Shown: positions 1-10,511 of the stretch, piece by piece
Layout: each line of letters begins with the position of its first letter
Numbering within the stretch: the first letter of the stretch is position 1
From: a virus
DNA length: 64,000 nucleotides
Strand: one strand, 5' to 3'
IMG/VR virus record: IMGVR_UViG_3300042301_002266
Location: 1 to 64,000 of that record
The notes under the pieces: model-generated
Told to the model about the DNA's origin: nothing
The model's input: the letters and a program-made list of their open reading frames with translations, nothing else
Database searches by the model: none
Program-made: the position numbers and the translations under genes

Positions 1-208
1 GTATCTAAATGCTTTTGTAGCAGCTATTGCACCAGTTGCCCTTCGTTACTTGAATAAGAACGATATTGCATTTGGTAAGGTTTCTGGTAACTCAACACCT
101 GACGAACTTGCTGCTGAAGTAACTAAGGCAGTTAAGGCTGTAGCTAAAAAGGCACCTGCCAAAGCTCCAGCAAAGAAATCTACAGCAAAGAAGACTACCT
201 CAAAGTAG
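1..208 (+). CDS. 3' part of a holin-like membrane protein with a Lys/Ala-rich tail (truncated at window start)
   Basis: Frame from nt 2 reads YLNAFVAAIAPVALRYLNKNDIAFG...KKAPAKAPAKKSTAKKTTSK*. The P-x-x-L-R-x-L-N-x-x-D-x-x-F-G pattern resembles actinophage holins. TAG at 206-208. Confidence 0.55.
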   Translation, partial: YLNAFVAAIAPVALRYLNKNDIAFGKVSGNSTPDELAAEVTKAVKAVAKKAPAKAPAKKSTAKKTTSK

Positions 209-233
209 CTTTCTTGGGGGTGTATAATTAAAT

Positions 234-539
234 ATGGGATCCACTAATTTTCTAATGATGTTGGCTGCAGTAGTAACTGCTATTACCGCAATTGGATATG
301 GGATTCATAAGGTCAGTATTCTGACTAAAAGATTTATACACTTCCTTGATGATTACTTTGGTGAAGAAGAAAGACCAGGATTTGATGGTCGTCCTGGATT
401 ACAAGAAAGACTAAGAATTATTGAAATGGAAATCGAACACATTTCATATGAGATGAGACCAAATTCTGGCACATCAATTAAAGATGCTATTGGTAGAATT
501 GAAAAACGTTTAGAACAACTAGAACAAAGAAAAGATTAA
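234..539 (+). CDS. Membrane protein, probably lysis-cassette associated
   Basis: N-terminal TM helix, coiled coil and PNSGTSIKDAI motif, as in actinophage membrane proteins next to holins. Confidence 0.55.
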   Translation: MGSTNFLMMLAAVVTAITAIGYGIHKVSILTKRFIHFLDDYFGEEERPGFDGRPGLQERLRIIEMEIEHISYEMRPNSGTSIKDAIGRIEKRLEQLEQRKD

Positions 540-1489
540 TGAGATTTAGCATTACAAATGCTGCAAGTTCAGTACATACTGGTTATGGGTATGTTACTTC
601 TAAAATTATGCGTAACATTCTTGATACTGGTCATAAATTACTAATTGAAAGAGATGCAGATGTAGAGTTCTGTTTTAACCTACCAAAATTTTTTAAATTT
701 TCAGATAATCCTAGATCCCATAAAGTTGGATACATGGCTTGGGAATCTACAGAGCTTCAAGATGGATGGCAGGACATCATTAATGAAAAATGTGATGAAA
801 TCTGGGTACCAAGTAAATTTGTAAAAAGTGTTGTAGAAAAGTATACAGATAAAGAAATATATGTATTTGGTCATGGAGTTGATTCAACATTTGCTCCCCA
901 AAAAAAGGAACGTACAGATAAGATAAAATTTTTAAGTATGGGGCATCCTGCTCTTAGAAAAGATATTCCACATGTAATTGATTCATTCCTAGAGCTTTAT
1001 GCAGGTTCTAAGGATCACGAACTAACAATTAAGATTTATGAAAAATATAACAACTTAGAAATTAATGAGCCTAATATTAAAATTATTGACAAGACGGTAC
1101 CTTATGCAGAAGTAGCATCAATGATGGTAGAGCATGATGTTTTGTTATACCCATCTTGGGGTGAAGGATTTGGGCTTATCCCACTACAGACTATGGCTAC
1201 TGGAACCCCTTCGATCATAACAGGGGGTTGGGCTGATTACACAGAATTTTCTCAAGGTCTAGTAATACCATCAACATTGGAAGATAGTCCTTGGCAGAAC
1301 TACCATCCTGGAAAACAGTTTAAGCCAGATCATGAAGGCTTTATTAGACTTATTCAACATACAGTTTCTAATCTAGACTTTATTCAAAAAAATCAATTTG
1401 AACTAGCACAAGGTCTACATTTAAAGTACGACTGGAAGCGTGTAATTAAAGCACATTTTGATTCTGTTGAAGCCCGTTTAATGGTATAA
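539..1489 (+). CDS. Glycosyltransferase, GT-B fold (GT4 family)
   Basis: TGYG N-terminal motif, RKD, and YPSWGEGFGLIPLQTMATG signature. Confidence 0.88.
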   Translation: MRFSITNAASSVHTGYGYVTSKIMRNILDTGHKLLIERDADVEFCFNLPKFFKFSDNPRSHKVGYMAWESTELQDGWQDIINEKCDEIWVPSKFVKSVVEKYTDKEIYVFGHGVDSTFAPQKKERTDKIKFLSMGHPALRKDIPHVIDSFLELYAGSKDHELTIKIYEKYNNLEINEPNIKIIDKTVPYAEVASMMVEHDVLLYPSWGEGFGLIPLQTMATGTPSIITGGWADYTEFSQGLVIPSTLEDSPWQNYHPGKQFKPDHEGFIRLIQHTVSNLDFIQKNQFELAQGLHLKYDWKRVIKAHFDSVEARLMV

Positions 1490-1496
1490 TCTAAAT

Positions 1497-1988
1497 ATGT
1501 CAGCCCCAGATTCAATTACAGTAGAAGTTTTAAATGAAATTACAACCGTTACGGTTGAACCTGTTGAAACCATTGATTCTATTGCTGTTAATACTATTCC
1601 AGAAGTAGATGTAGTTACAATTGAGGATCAAAGCCCAATTTCAAATATTGTTATTGATGACAATCAAGAAAACATTATTGTTGAAATTTCAATGGTAGAT
1701 ACCTCTGCTGCAGTACAGTCTGTAAATGGAATGACAGGTCATGTTTTACTAGATCTTCAGTTTGAAGATATTGAGCAATCTGACCCAGTAACTCATGTAA
1801 AATATGTTCATACACAGGCATCCATATCGTCCTCTTGGGTAATAAACCATAATTTAGGATTTTTTCCAAATATTACAGTTTTAGATAATTCTAATAGAAT
1901 ACTAGAAACATTTATTCAATATAATAATGTAAATACTGCTACAATTATTATGAATAGTGCTGCTAGTGGCAAAGCTTTTCTAACATAA
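1497..1988 (+). CDS. Virion accessory/fibre-associated protein
   Basis: Acidic V/I/T-rich N-terminus, VQSVNGMTG fibre motif and C-terminal W-x-I-x-HNLG domain. Confidence 0.5.
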   Translation: MSAPDSITVEVLNEITTVTVEPVETIDSIAVNTIPEVDVVTIEDQSPISNIVIDDNQENIIVEISMVDTSAAVQSVNGMTGHVLLDLQFEDIEQSDPVTHVKYVHTQASISSSWVINHNLGFFPNITVLDNSNRILETFIQYNNVNTATIIMNSAASGKAFLT

Positions 1989-2015
1989 AATTTTTTAAAA
2001 AGGGTGGTGAAGTAA

Positions 2016-3038
2016 ATGGCAGAGAGATTGTTTGTTGTTGATCTTAACCTAAATGGCAATAAAGCCACAAACTTCAGAGTAGAAGATTATACAACCGATC
2101 CTACTTCTGGAAACTTTGCAGGTCGTCTTATCCATAATACAACGGGTACAGATAGACTTAAAATGCACGATGGCACAGAATTTAGAACCTTTGCATATAC
2201 TTCAGAACTAGGAGTAATCAGTCTTACTGGAACTGCAAATGAAATTCAAGTAAGCGGAACTGGTTCAGATCCTTATACAGGAGCAGTAACAATTGGTCTT
2301 CCAGACGATGTAACAATTGGTAGAAATCTTACTGTAACTGGAGACTTGACAGTAAATGGAGATGTAACAACTCTTAATACTGCAACAATGAATGTTGAAG
2401 ACAATATTTTTGTTCTTAACTCAAATGTTACTGGAACACCTTCTACTGATGCAGGTTTTGAAATTGAGCGTGGAACCTATACCAATGCATCCCTATTCTG
2501 GAAAGAAGCTTCCAATAAATGGTATTTAGGTACGCCAGTTGATAATACAGATGCTGTGGTTGAAGCAGAAATTTCTGTTGTAGGTCATATTCACTCTACA
2601 TCAGATATTACAGGTCTTCAAGAATATGTTGAAGATACAGTATCAACAGCATTTACCGATTCTGGAACAATTGATTTTACATACACAGATAATTCAGGTT
2701 CAGCAGGTACCATAAGTGCTGCAGTAATTCTTGCAAGTACAAATCCTTATCTTTCTACAACATCAGGTCTTGCAGTGGATATTTCTGCTCTTGAAACAAA
2801 ACTTACAACTGATGGTTACACAAAAAAGTACACAACTACAATTGGAAATGGAACTCTTCAAACTTTTACAGTAACACATAGCTTAAACACAAGAGCCGTG
2901 ACAGTACAGATTTATGAATCTGCATCACCTTATTCACAAGTAGAGGTAGAAGTTTTACATTCAACTGCTGATACTATTACAATTAACACAAACAGTGTGC
3001 CATCAGCATCCCAGTACACAGTGGTAGTAGTAGGCTAA
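2016..3038 (+). CDS. Virion fibre/decoration protein
   Basis: T/G/S-rich. LTVTGDLTVNG and VEDN..LN..DAGFEIERG fibre motifs; C-terminal THSLNT domain. Confidence 0.6.
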   Translation: MAERLFVVDLNLNGNKATNFRVEDYTTDPTSGNFAGRLIHNTTGTDRLKMHDGTEFRTFAYTSELGVISLTGTANEIQVSGTGSDPYTGAVTIGLPDDVTIGRNLTVTGDLTVNGDVTTLNTATMNVEDNIFVLNSNVTGTPSTDAGFEIERGTYTNASLFWKEASNKWYLGTPVDNTDAVVEAEISVVGHIHSTSDITGLQEYVEDTVSTAFTDSGTIDFTYTDNSGSAGTISAAVILASTNPYLSTTSGLAVDISALETKLTTDGYTKKYTTTIGNGTLQTFTVTHSLNTRAVTVQIYESASPYSQVEVEVLHSTADTITINTNSVPSASQYTVVVVG

Positions 3039-3039
3039 A

Positions 3040-3372
3040 ATGCTTCCAGGATATAAGCCCTTCAAAATTTACAAGGGAGATACCTTTGCTTTTAGATTAA
3101 GTCTTGACTCAGGAGAATCTAACTACAATATTTCTAGCCACACCTTTCTTGCTCAAATTAAAGAAAAAGGTAAATCAACTGCAGTTGCATCGTTTACCTA
3201 TACTATTGAAAATGGAGTAGGTGGAGTGGTTCTATTAACATTACCTGCAACAGAGTCAGCAAAACTAACTGGTGGTAAAAAATATGAATACGATGTTCAA
3301 ATGACTGTTTCTGGAGTTGTTTCAACTATTCTTTATGGTCCAGTTGTTGTAGTATCTGATGTTAGCTCTTAG
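3040..3372 (+). CDS. Small structural protein (BppU N-terminal-like adaptor domain)
   Basis: IYKGDTF...YEYDVQM...ILYG pattern. Confidence 0.5.
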   Translation: MLPGYKPFKIYKGDTFAFRLSLDSGESNYNISSHTFLAQIKEKGKSTAVASFTYTIENGVGGVVLLTLPATESAKLTGGKKYEYDVQMTVSGVVSTILYGPVVVVSDVSS

Positions 3373-3586
3373 TAAAACTTTCTAAAACAAATCTTATATA
3401 TCTTTCCATTTTATATCCAGGTGTTATTTTATAACTACATCCGAGACAATAAAAATATACTTCATCTTGTTCATTAAGTGACGGAAGTAAACTAGTGTGA
3501 TCTGAATCATTTCCACAAAGAATCTTTTTTGTAAAGCCATCACTTGCTAAGTTCATATATTTGTGCACTTCTTGTATTGTTAACAT
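3362..3586 (-). CDS. Small zinc-binding protein (C-x4-H...CxxC); the only credible minus-strand gene
   Basis: 74 aa from ATG at 3586. An extended -10 TGCTATTAT lies 6 nt upstream, and the gene fills the gap between + genes. Confidence 0.65.
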   Translation of the reverse strand: MLTIQEVHKYMNLASDGFTKKILCGNDSDHTSLLPSLNEQDEVYFYCLGCSYKITPGYKMERYIRFVLESFTKS

Positions 3587-3604
3587 GAAACAATAATAGC
3601 ACAC

Positions 3605-3633
3605 TTGACCCCTAACGCTAGTTGATGTACAAT
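3605..3633 (+). promoter_or_regulatory. Sigma70/SigA-type promoter of the RNR gene, back-to-back with the minus-strand promoter at 3593-3601
   Basis: TTGACC-17 nt-TACAAT. Confidence 0.65.
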
Positions 3634-3684
3634 AGTACTTACCCCATATTTGGGAATTTAAAAATAAACGGAGTGAATTTAAAA

Positions 3685-5628
3685 ATGATAGTTTCTTTGC
3701 CAACGGCATACCAACAAGTAATCCATAAGACAAGATATGCACGATGGAGAGAAGAAGATAATCGTAGAGAAAACTGGGATGAAACAGTTGATCGTTATAT
3801 GGACTATGTAACAGATGCAATTAAAAAGCATAACAACTTTGAGCTATCACAGGATATTAAATCACAACTTCGTAATGCTATTTTAGAAACAAAGGTAATG
3901 CCATCAATGCGTGGTCTTATGACAGCAGGACCTGCTCTTGATAGAGATAGTACATGCATTTACAACTGTGCCTACATGCCAGTTGATAGTTTAAGATCAT
4001 TTGATGAGGGTATGTATATCCTAATGTGTGGAACTGGAGTTGGATACTCCGTTGAGTCCCGTTATGTAAATCAACTACCAGAAATTTCTGAGCATTTTGA
4101 AAACACAGATACAACAATTGTTGTAGAAGATTCTAAAGCTGGTTGGGCACGTTCACTAAAAGAACTACTTGCACTTTTGTGGCAAGGTCAAGTTCCATCT
4201 TGGGACATGTCTCAGGTTCGTCCTGCAGGTGCTCGTCTAAAAACATTTGGTGGTCGTGCATCAGGTCCAGATCCACTAGATCGTTTGTTTAAGTTTTCTG
4301 TTTCTCTTATTAAGGGTGCAGCAGGTAGAAAATTAACTCCACTTGAAGCACACGACTTAATGTGTAAGATTGCAGAAGTAGTTGTTGTTGGCGGTGTTCG
4401 CCGTTCAGCGATGATCTCGCTATCAGACTTGGAAGACCGAAACATGGCAGCAGCTAAGTCTGGTTCCTGGTGGGAATACAGCGGTCAAAGAGCACTTGCC
4501 AACAACTCAGCAGTCTATAATACAAAACCAACTATGGAAGTGTTTATGGACGAATGGAAGGCTCTATATGATTCAAAGTCTGGAGAGCGTGGAATCTTTA
4601 GTCGTGAAGCAGCACAAAGAGTTGCATCAAAAAATGGTCGTAGAGATTCTACAGTAGACTTTGGAACCAACCCTTGTTCTGAAATTATCTTAAGACCAAA
4701 TCAGTTCTGTAATCTTACTGAAGTTATTGTTCGTGATACAGACACTCTTGAAGATCTTAAGGCAAAGGTAGAACTAGCTGCTATCCTTGGAACTATTCAG
4801 TCAACATTTACTCGCTTTAAGTACTTGAGAAAGATTTGGCAAAAGAATTCTGAGGAAGAAAGATTATTAGGTCTTTCTCTTACAGGTCAGCTATCTCATC
4901 CAGTTCTTAATGGTTCACAGGGCGTTGATTTACTATCAGCATGGCTAGATGAACTAAGAGAATATTCTGTTGTTATAAATAAAGAATGGTCTGAAAAGAT
5001 TGGTATTAATCAAGCATCAGCAATTACATGTGTTAAGCCATCAGGAACGGTGTCCCAGTTAGTAAATGCTTCATCTGGTATGCATCCATGGCACTCACAA
5101 TATTATGCCCGTACAATTCGTGGAGATATGAAAGATCCAATTACATCTTTCCTAGTTGATATGGGTGTAAAGAATGAGCCAGATGTTATGAAGCCAAATG
5201 ATACTATGGTATTTACATTCCCAATTGCAGCACCAGAAGGTGCAACACTTCGTCAAGATTTAACAGCAGTTCAGCATCTAGATATTTGGCTAACATACCA
5301 ACGTCATTGGGCAGAACACAAGCCTTCTATTACAGTATCTGTAAAAGAAAATGAATGGATGGCTGTAGGTGCATGGGTATTTGAACATATTGATGAAATG
5401 TCAGGAGTATCTTTCTTACCTTATTCAGAGCATACCTATCAACAAGCTCCTTACCAAGAAATTACTAAATCAGAATATGAAGTTCTTCTTTCAGAAACTC
5501 CATCTGATCTTGATTGGAAATGGCTTGAGATCTATGAAACATTTGATGCTACTACAAGCGTACAAGATCTAGCATGTGTTGCTGGAGCTTGCGATATAAG
5601 TGATTTTGGTACCGTTAAAGCTGTATAA
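3685..5628 (+). CDS. nrdJ: Class II (adenosylcobalamin-dependent) ribonucleotide reductase
   Basis: PSMR, YNC, GTGVG, VVVGGVRRSA, catalytic TNPCSEI, VKPSGTVS and C-terminal CVAGAC. No beta subunit nearby. Start moved to ATG 3685, downstream of GGAG. Confidence 0.9.
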   Translation: MIVSLPTAYQQVIHKTRYARWREEDNRRENWDETVDRYMDYVTDAIKKHNNFELSQDIKSQLRNAILETKVMPSMRGLMTAGPALDRDSTCIYNCAYMPVDSLRSFDEGMYILMCGTGVGYSVESRYVNQLPEISEHFENTDTTIVVEDSKAGWARSLKELLALLWQGQVPSWDMSQVRPAGARLKTFGGRASGPDPLDRLFKFSVSLIKGAAGRKLTPLEAHDLMCKIAEVVVVGGVRRSAMISLSDLEDRNMAAAKSGSWWEYSGQRALANNSAVYNTKPTMEVFMDEWKALYDSKSGERGIFSREAAQRVASKNGRRDSTVDFGTNPCSEIILRPNQFCNLTEVIVRDTDTLEDLKAKVELAAILGTIQSTFTRFKYLRKIWQKNSEEERLLGLSLTGQLSHPVLNGSQGVDLLSAWLDELREYSVVINKEWSEKIGINQASAITCVKPSGTVSQLVNASSGMHPWHSQYYARTIRGDMKDPITSFLVDMGVKNEPDVMKPNDTMVFTFPIAAPEGATLRQDLTAVQHLDIWLTYQRHWAEHKPSITVSVKENEWMAVGAWVFEHIDEMSGVSFLPYSEHTYQQAPYQEITKSEYEVLLSETPSDLDWKWLEIYETFDATTSVQDLACVAGACDISDFGTVKAV

Positions 5629-5644
5629 TGTATAAGAGGTCCCT

Positions 5645-8533
5645 ATGTCTTATACTGATTTAATTTTACAAGATTCACCTGTCTCAATTTGGAGTTTATC
5701 TGAGGCAAGTGGCACTGTAGCAAATAATGATGGTTTTTTACTAGGAGATTCATATAACGGAACATATCTAGGTACCAGTGGAGCAAATTCAAAAAGAATT
5801 AAAGTTCCTCTTGTATATGGCGGTGGACAGTGTATAAAATTAGTAGGAAATAATATACCTTCTCTTAGAATACCATCTTTAGATAAAATGTCTTCCGCAA
5901 ATAGACAATACACATCAACCCTAGAGTTTTGGCTTAAAATAACAAACTCTGTAAAAGATGAAACAGTAATTCTTAGAAAACCAAATAGTGCTACTGGTCT
6001 TTATATTAAAGATAACTATTTAATATTTAGAGTTGGAGATCAAGACACAATAGCAGTTTCCTTGCCAGTAGATACTTTCAATAAACCACTTCATATTGCA
6101 ATGACCTATAGCCCAAAAGGTATTAGTCTTTTTGTAAATGGTGTTCAGTCTTCAGCCCCAATATCAAATTTAAGATATTTTACAAAAACCTATAGTTCCG
6201 CTGACGAGTACTTTGATTTTTTTGGAAGTTTATCTTTAGGAATTTATGTAGATAGTATTGCAATTTATAGCTACCCATTTAATCCTACAATAGCAAAAAG
6301 ACATTTTATTTATGGTGTAGGATATGATATTTCTAGATTTGCCATATCAGCAAAAGCTGGAACAATGTATTCAATGCATATGGAAAATACATCTAAGCTT
6401 TACTCTCTGTCCTATAATGATAAGTCATCATGGTCTAATAATTTAGTTATTGAAAATAATACATTACAGATTCAAAAAGACGGGTATCTAACAACCAATA
6501 ATTATTCAACAATAGAGCATGTTACTTTTTCAGATGTTAGTTACGAAACAATGTATGGAACTACTGACGGAGAAATTTCTTTCCCACATGGAACATCTTT
6601 ATATATTTCAGATAAAGTTAATTCATTCCCTAACGGAATGATATCAAAACTTGATTTTACAGGAGCTACCTGGACAACAAAGCAGTTATTGTTTAAAATA
6701 GATTCATTGACAAATTCAGGTTTATCTGTATATGCTGAAAAAATTGGAACAGATTATAAAATTTATTATTCAACAGAATATGTAAATGGAACCAAAAAGG
6801 TTGATACTACGCTTTTATCAACTGATACACAGATAACTGGAAAAGTTTATTTAGGTTTTTATGAATCAAACAATATCCTAAGTCTGTTTTTGTATACACC
6901 TTCAAACCAATATACAGAATCTGACACAAGCCTAGAACTACCTATTATGTCATCATCAATATCATTTGGTGGAGAAAGCATAAGCCCTTTTGCAAATACT
7001 GAAATTCTTCCTTCAACAGAAACAGAAACTAATAGATTTACTGGAAAGCTAAACCTTATTGGTGCCCTAAAAGATACATCATCTATACCACAAAATTTTA
7101 CTGAATTAGAAAACTATGACTACAACTATAAAATATCTCCAAGCAAAGAAAAAAGATTGCTTAGATACACAAAGGGTAAAGCTAAGTTTTATGTTGGAGT
7201 TAATTTTCTAGGAACAACAACAGTTCTTCCACATAGAATAGATTTAGGATATGGAGAGGTTGAAGGAGATAGTTTTGTTAAGGTAGAGGCTACCGTATAT
7301 AATGAGACATCAGAACTTTTAGCATCTCAAGAAATTTTAAATGGAGATCCAATAAAAGGTTTAGTTGGTCAGGCTATCACAGATTATGTTGTTAGATTTG
7401 ATATAACTATGGAGTCAGATGATTATGAGCTATATCCTCCCGTTTTACAATATTTTAATCTTAATGTATTTAACTCAACAAACTCATCTGTTGAAATGAG
7501 ATCAGATATTGGTAGTCAAAATATAACCATCACACCAAAATCTGGAAAAGATTTATATCTGCCAGAAGTTAAGAAAACACCTTCAATGTACTATGGAAAC
7601 ACCACTGGTCTAAAGATTGGTGATCAGTATGGAACAATAAATTATTCAGCAAAAGCCATCGGAACAGAATCAACTGAAGGAATTAGTACAATTATATTTA
7701 CAGCAAAACCAACAACTACATCTCAGTGCAGATTTATTTATTCTAATCCAGTTATAATTAGGCAGACATCAGGCACAGTAGCAATTGCAGGTAGTGGAAT
7801 TACTGGTACGGTTTATGTTAATGGACTAGCAACAACAACTGCAGAAACTAATGAGTGGAATCACTATACTATTGTTTTAGATAATCCAATCCCAATTAAT
7901 ACTCTCACTGGAACACCTATTGAAATTGGAAACTCCTCATCAACAACAGGAACATTCTATATTGATAATTTGTGTTTCTTAGAATCTCAATTAACAGCAT
8001 CTCAAGCCTTAAAGTATTACAATTTATTTTATTCATCTTACTCAGAATCAGTGAAAGATTCTAGTGTTCTTAATATTAATTTTTATGACAAAGAAGTAAG
8101 ACACGAAAATCTAGAATACGAACTTCTTCCAAATCAAAACTTAATAAAAGCTACAGTATCCCTAGCAGCCACAGAAAATTATACCCTTTCTTCTAATACA
8201 ATAAATTATTCTAATGATATAGATCTAATTGAAATTGATAGTGTTAGTGCCCCAGGATTAGCAAGACCAGTTACAGTTTTACTGGCAAATCAAACATCAG
8301 CAGCAGATAGAGGTGTTTATTCAATTGGATTTTCTGATGGAATTGCTACTTTTACAGCTAACACATCACTAGAAGCAGCAGACATAGCAACTGGAGATTT
8401 AATATATGTTCAAAATGGTGATGAAAATGGAAAAGAATTTTTACAAAAACAATCCAACGGAACATATAGTCAAGTATTTATGACAAACAAAATAGTTTCA
8501 TACAAAGAAACAGACTTGGTTAGTTCAGATTAA
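5645..8533 (+). CDS. Large virion protein with LamG/concanavalin-A-like domains
   Basis: ILQDSPVSIWSL, TLEFW, HIAMTY, LFVNG and IDNLCF-type LamG motifs near both ends. Confidence 0.7.
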   Translation: MSYTDLILQDSPVSIWSLSEASGTVANNDGFLLGDSYNGTYLGTSGANSKRIKVPLVYGGGQCIKLVGNNIPSLRIPSLDKMSSANRQYTSTLEFWLKITNSVKDETVILRKPNSATGLYIKDNYLIFRVGDQDTIAVSLPVDTFNKPLHIAMTYSPKGISLFVNGVQSSAPISNLRYFTKTYSSADEYFDFFGSLSLGIYVDSIAIYSYPFNPTIAKRHFIYGVGYDISRFAISAKAGTMYSMHMENTSKLYSLSYNDKSSWSNNLVIENNTLQIQKDGYLTTNNYSTIEHVTFSDVSYETMYGTTDGEISFPHGTSLYISDKVNSFPNGMISKLDFTGATWTTKQLLFKIDSLTNSGLSVYAEKIGTDYKIYYSTEYVNGTKKVDTTLLSTDTQITGKVYLGFYESNNILSLFLYTPSNQYTESDTSLELPIMSSSISFGGESISPFANTEILPSTETETNRFTGKLNLIGALKDTSSIPQNFTELENYDYNYKISPSKEKRLLRYTKGKAKFYVGVNFLGTTTVLPHRIDLGYGEVEGDSFVKVEATVYNETSELLASQEILNGDPIKGLVGQAITDYVVRFDITMESDDYELYPPVLQYFNLNVFNSTNSSVEMRSDIGSQNITITPKSGKDLYLPEVKKTPSMYYGNTTGLKIGDQYGTINYSAKAIGTESTEGISTIIFTAKPTTTSQCRFIYSNPVIIRQTSGTVAIAGSGITGTVYVNGLATTTAETNEWNHYTIVLDNPIPINTLTGTPIEIGNSSSTTGTFYIDNLCFLESQLTASQALKYYNLFYSSYSESVKDSSVLNINFYDKEVRHENLEYELLPNQNLIKATVSLAATENYTLSSNTINYSNDIDLIEIDSVSAPGLARPVTVLLANQTSAADRGVYSIGFSDGIATFTANTSLEAADIATGDLIYVQNGDENGKEFLQKQSNGTYSQVFMTNKIVSYKETDLVSSD

Positions 8534-8582
8534 TTTTTGACAAGTACTAGCAATAAGATTTAAAAAATGGTATCATTGTGGT

Positions 8583-8918
8583 ATGTCAAAACCTAAAAAC
8601 AAAGTACAAGCAGTACAAAGCAATGCAGAATATGGAATTTATGTATGGCAACTGCCAAATGGATCTAACTTTCAAGACGATCAGGGTAATACTCTAAACG
8701 TACCTGCTCGCAAATATGATATTCAAAAGATGAAACAACTTGCAGATGCAGCAGCATACTGGGGCAAACCAGAAGGAAAAGCTGTGTTTATGCCAGGTGT
8801 TGGTAGGTCTTCTGATACTCAGGCTCAAGAAGATATTGATAGAATGGCAGAAGGTCTAACTCCATACGGAGACACAGATAACTGGAGAGAGGTGTTCCAC
8901 AATGCAAGAAATGCATGA
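8583..8918 (+). CDS. Hypothetical protein immediately upstream of portal
   Basis: ORF with phage-typical codon use, leaderless -10 (TGGTATCAT), overlaps the portal start. Confidence 0.7.
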   Translation: MSKPKNKVQAVQSNAEYGIYVWQLPNGSNFQDDQGNTLNVPARKYDIQKMKQLADAAAYWGKPEGKAVFMPGVGRSSDTQAQEDIDRMAEGLTPYGDTDNWREVFHNARNA

Positions 8919-10473
8919 AATTAACGGTAGAGATATCGGAATGGACAGCGTAGCTAAGTCCAACTCTTTAATTGGAAACAATGAAGTGGATGAATTTGCA
9001 AAGAATCCAAATGAACTTATGAAGCTTGCTGGATTAGGTCACAACTTTAAAAGAAATGCTAAAAGAAAGCTTGAAAAAGCAGATCAAAACTCTTTAAATG
9101 GTGATGATTCAGAATCTAAGCAACTTATTCCAGATAAGTACGGCTATGGTCTTTTTGATGTTGTTGAACCACCATATAACTTAATTTCACTTTCTAGAAT
9201 TTATGAAGTATCCGCTGCAAACTTTGCTGCAATTAATGCAAAGGTAGCAAACATTGTTGGTCTAGGTTATAGCTTAGATCCAACCCTTCAAGTTTTACAA
9301 ATGCTTGAAGAAACAACAGACCCAGATCAGCTTGCTAGAAGAAGACGTAAGCTTGATAGAACAAAGCTTGAGATTGAAGAATGGCTAGAGTCAAGAAATG
9401 ATGAGGATACTTTTACCGCAACTCTTGTAAAAGCCTACATTGATAAAGAATCAACTGGAAATGGATACCTAGAAATTGGTCGCAAGGTAACAGGAGAAAT
9501 TGGTTACATTGGTCATATTCCAGCAGCAACTGTTAGAATTCGTAGACTTCGTGATGGTTTTGTTCAAATTGTAAACGGTAAGTCAGTATTCTTTAGAAAT
9601 TTTCAAGATCTATCTCAGCCAAATCCAATCGGTGTAGATGGTCGTCCAAATGAAATCATTCATCTAAAATCATACACTCCAACTAATACTTATTATGGAA
9701 TTCCTCCAATTGTTGCAGCAAAAAATGCAATGGCAGGTACTGAATTTGCATCCAGATTTAACCTTGAATACTTTGAAAACAAAGCAACCCCACGCTACAT
9801 TTTCTGGATCAAGGGAGCAAAGCTTTCAAAAGATGCTGAGGCAAAGTTATTTGAATTCTTCCAGAACAATCTTCGTGGGCAATCACACAGAACTTTAGTT
9901 ATCCCAATTCCTGGTGATGAAAATGGTCAAAAGATTGATGTAAAGATGGAAGCTGTAGAAAACGGAATTCAAGATTCTTCCTTTAATAACTATAGAAAAA
10001 CTAACTTAAGTGAAATCTTGATGGCACATAGAGTACCAATTTCAAAGGTTGGAACAGCCGAAAATATTTCTCTTGCAAATGCTCGTGAGGCAGATAGAAC
10101 CTTTAAGGATCAGGTTTGTCGTCCAGAACAGGATACTTTAGAAAAGTCTGTAAACAGAATTGTTTCAGAAAAAACAGATATGTTTAAGCTTAAGTTTAAT
10201 GAACTTACCCTTACAGATGAAGATACTCAGTCAAAGATTGATGAGCGTTATTTAAGAATGGGAGTCTATTTGCCTAATGAAGTTAGATCAAGAAAGGGCA
10301 TGACAGCACTACCATCTGGAGATGAACCAGTTCAATTAACTGCACAAGGTCAAGCAGAACAAAGAGCTCAGGCTAGTGGAAACAGGCTAAGAGATCAGCA
10401 ACGAGATGCTAATGCTGCAGACAGTGGAACAGGATCTAGAGTACCTCAAGGTGAAGGTAGACAACAAGCATAA
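8902..10473 (+). CDS. Portal protein
   Basis: GNGYLE, EIIHLK...YYGIPP, YFENKATP, ILMAHRVP and PNEVR motifs of HK97/PBSX-type portals. Confidence 0.92.
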   Translation: MQEMHEINGRDIGMDSVAKSNSLIGNNEVDEFAKNPNELMKLAGLGHNFKRNAKRKLEKADQNSLNGDDSESKQLIPDKYGYGLFDVVEPPYNLISLSRIYEVSAANFAAINAKVANIVGLGYSLDPTLQVLQMLEETTDPDQLARRRRKLDRTKLEIEEWLESRNDEDTFTATLVKAYIDKESTGNGYLEIGRKVTGEIGYIGHIPAATVRIRRLRDGFVQIVNGKSVFFRNFQDLSQPNPIGVDGRPNEIIHLKSYTPTNTYYGIPPIVAAKNAMAGTEFASRFNLEYFENKATPRYIFWIKGAKLSKDAEAKLFEFFQNNLRGQSHRTLVIPIPGDENGQKIDVKMEAVENGIQDSSFNNYRKTNLSEILMAHRVPISKVGTAENISLANAREADRTFKDQVCRPEQDTLEKSVNRIVSEKTDMFKLKFNELTLTDEDTQSKIDERYLRMGVYLPNEVRSRKGMTALPSGDEPVQLTAQGQAEQRAQASGNRLRDQQRDANAADSGTGSRVPQGEGRQQA

Positions 10474-10511
10474 CACTATAATAACAAATATGTTATATAA
10501 TTAGAATTGTT

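Noticed and set aside
3634-3684. Cobalamin riboswitch or NrdR box ahead of nrdJ
   Set aside because: The leader is only ~45 nt, and I could not recognise a B12 box or NrdR palindrome.
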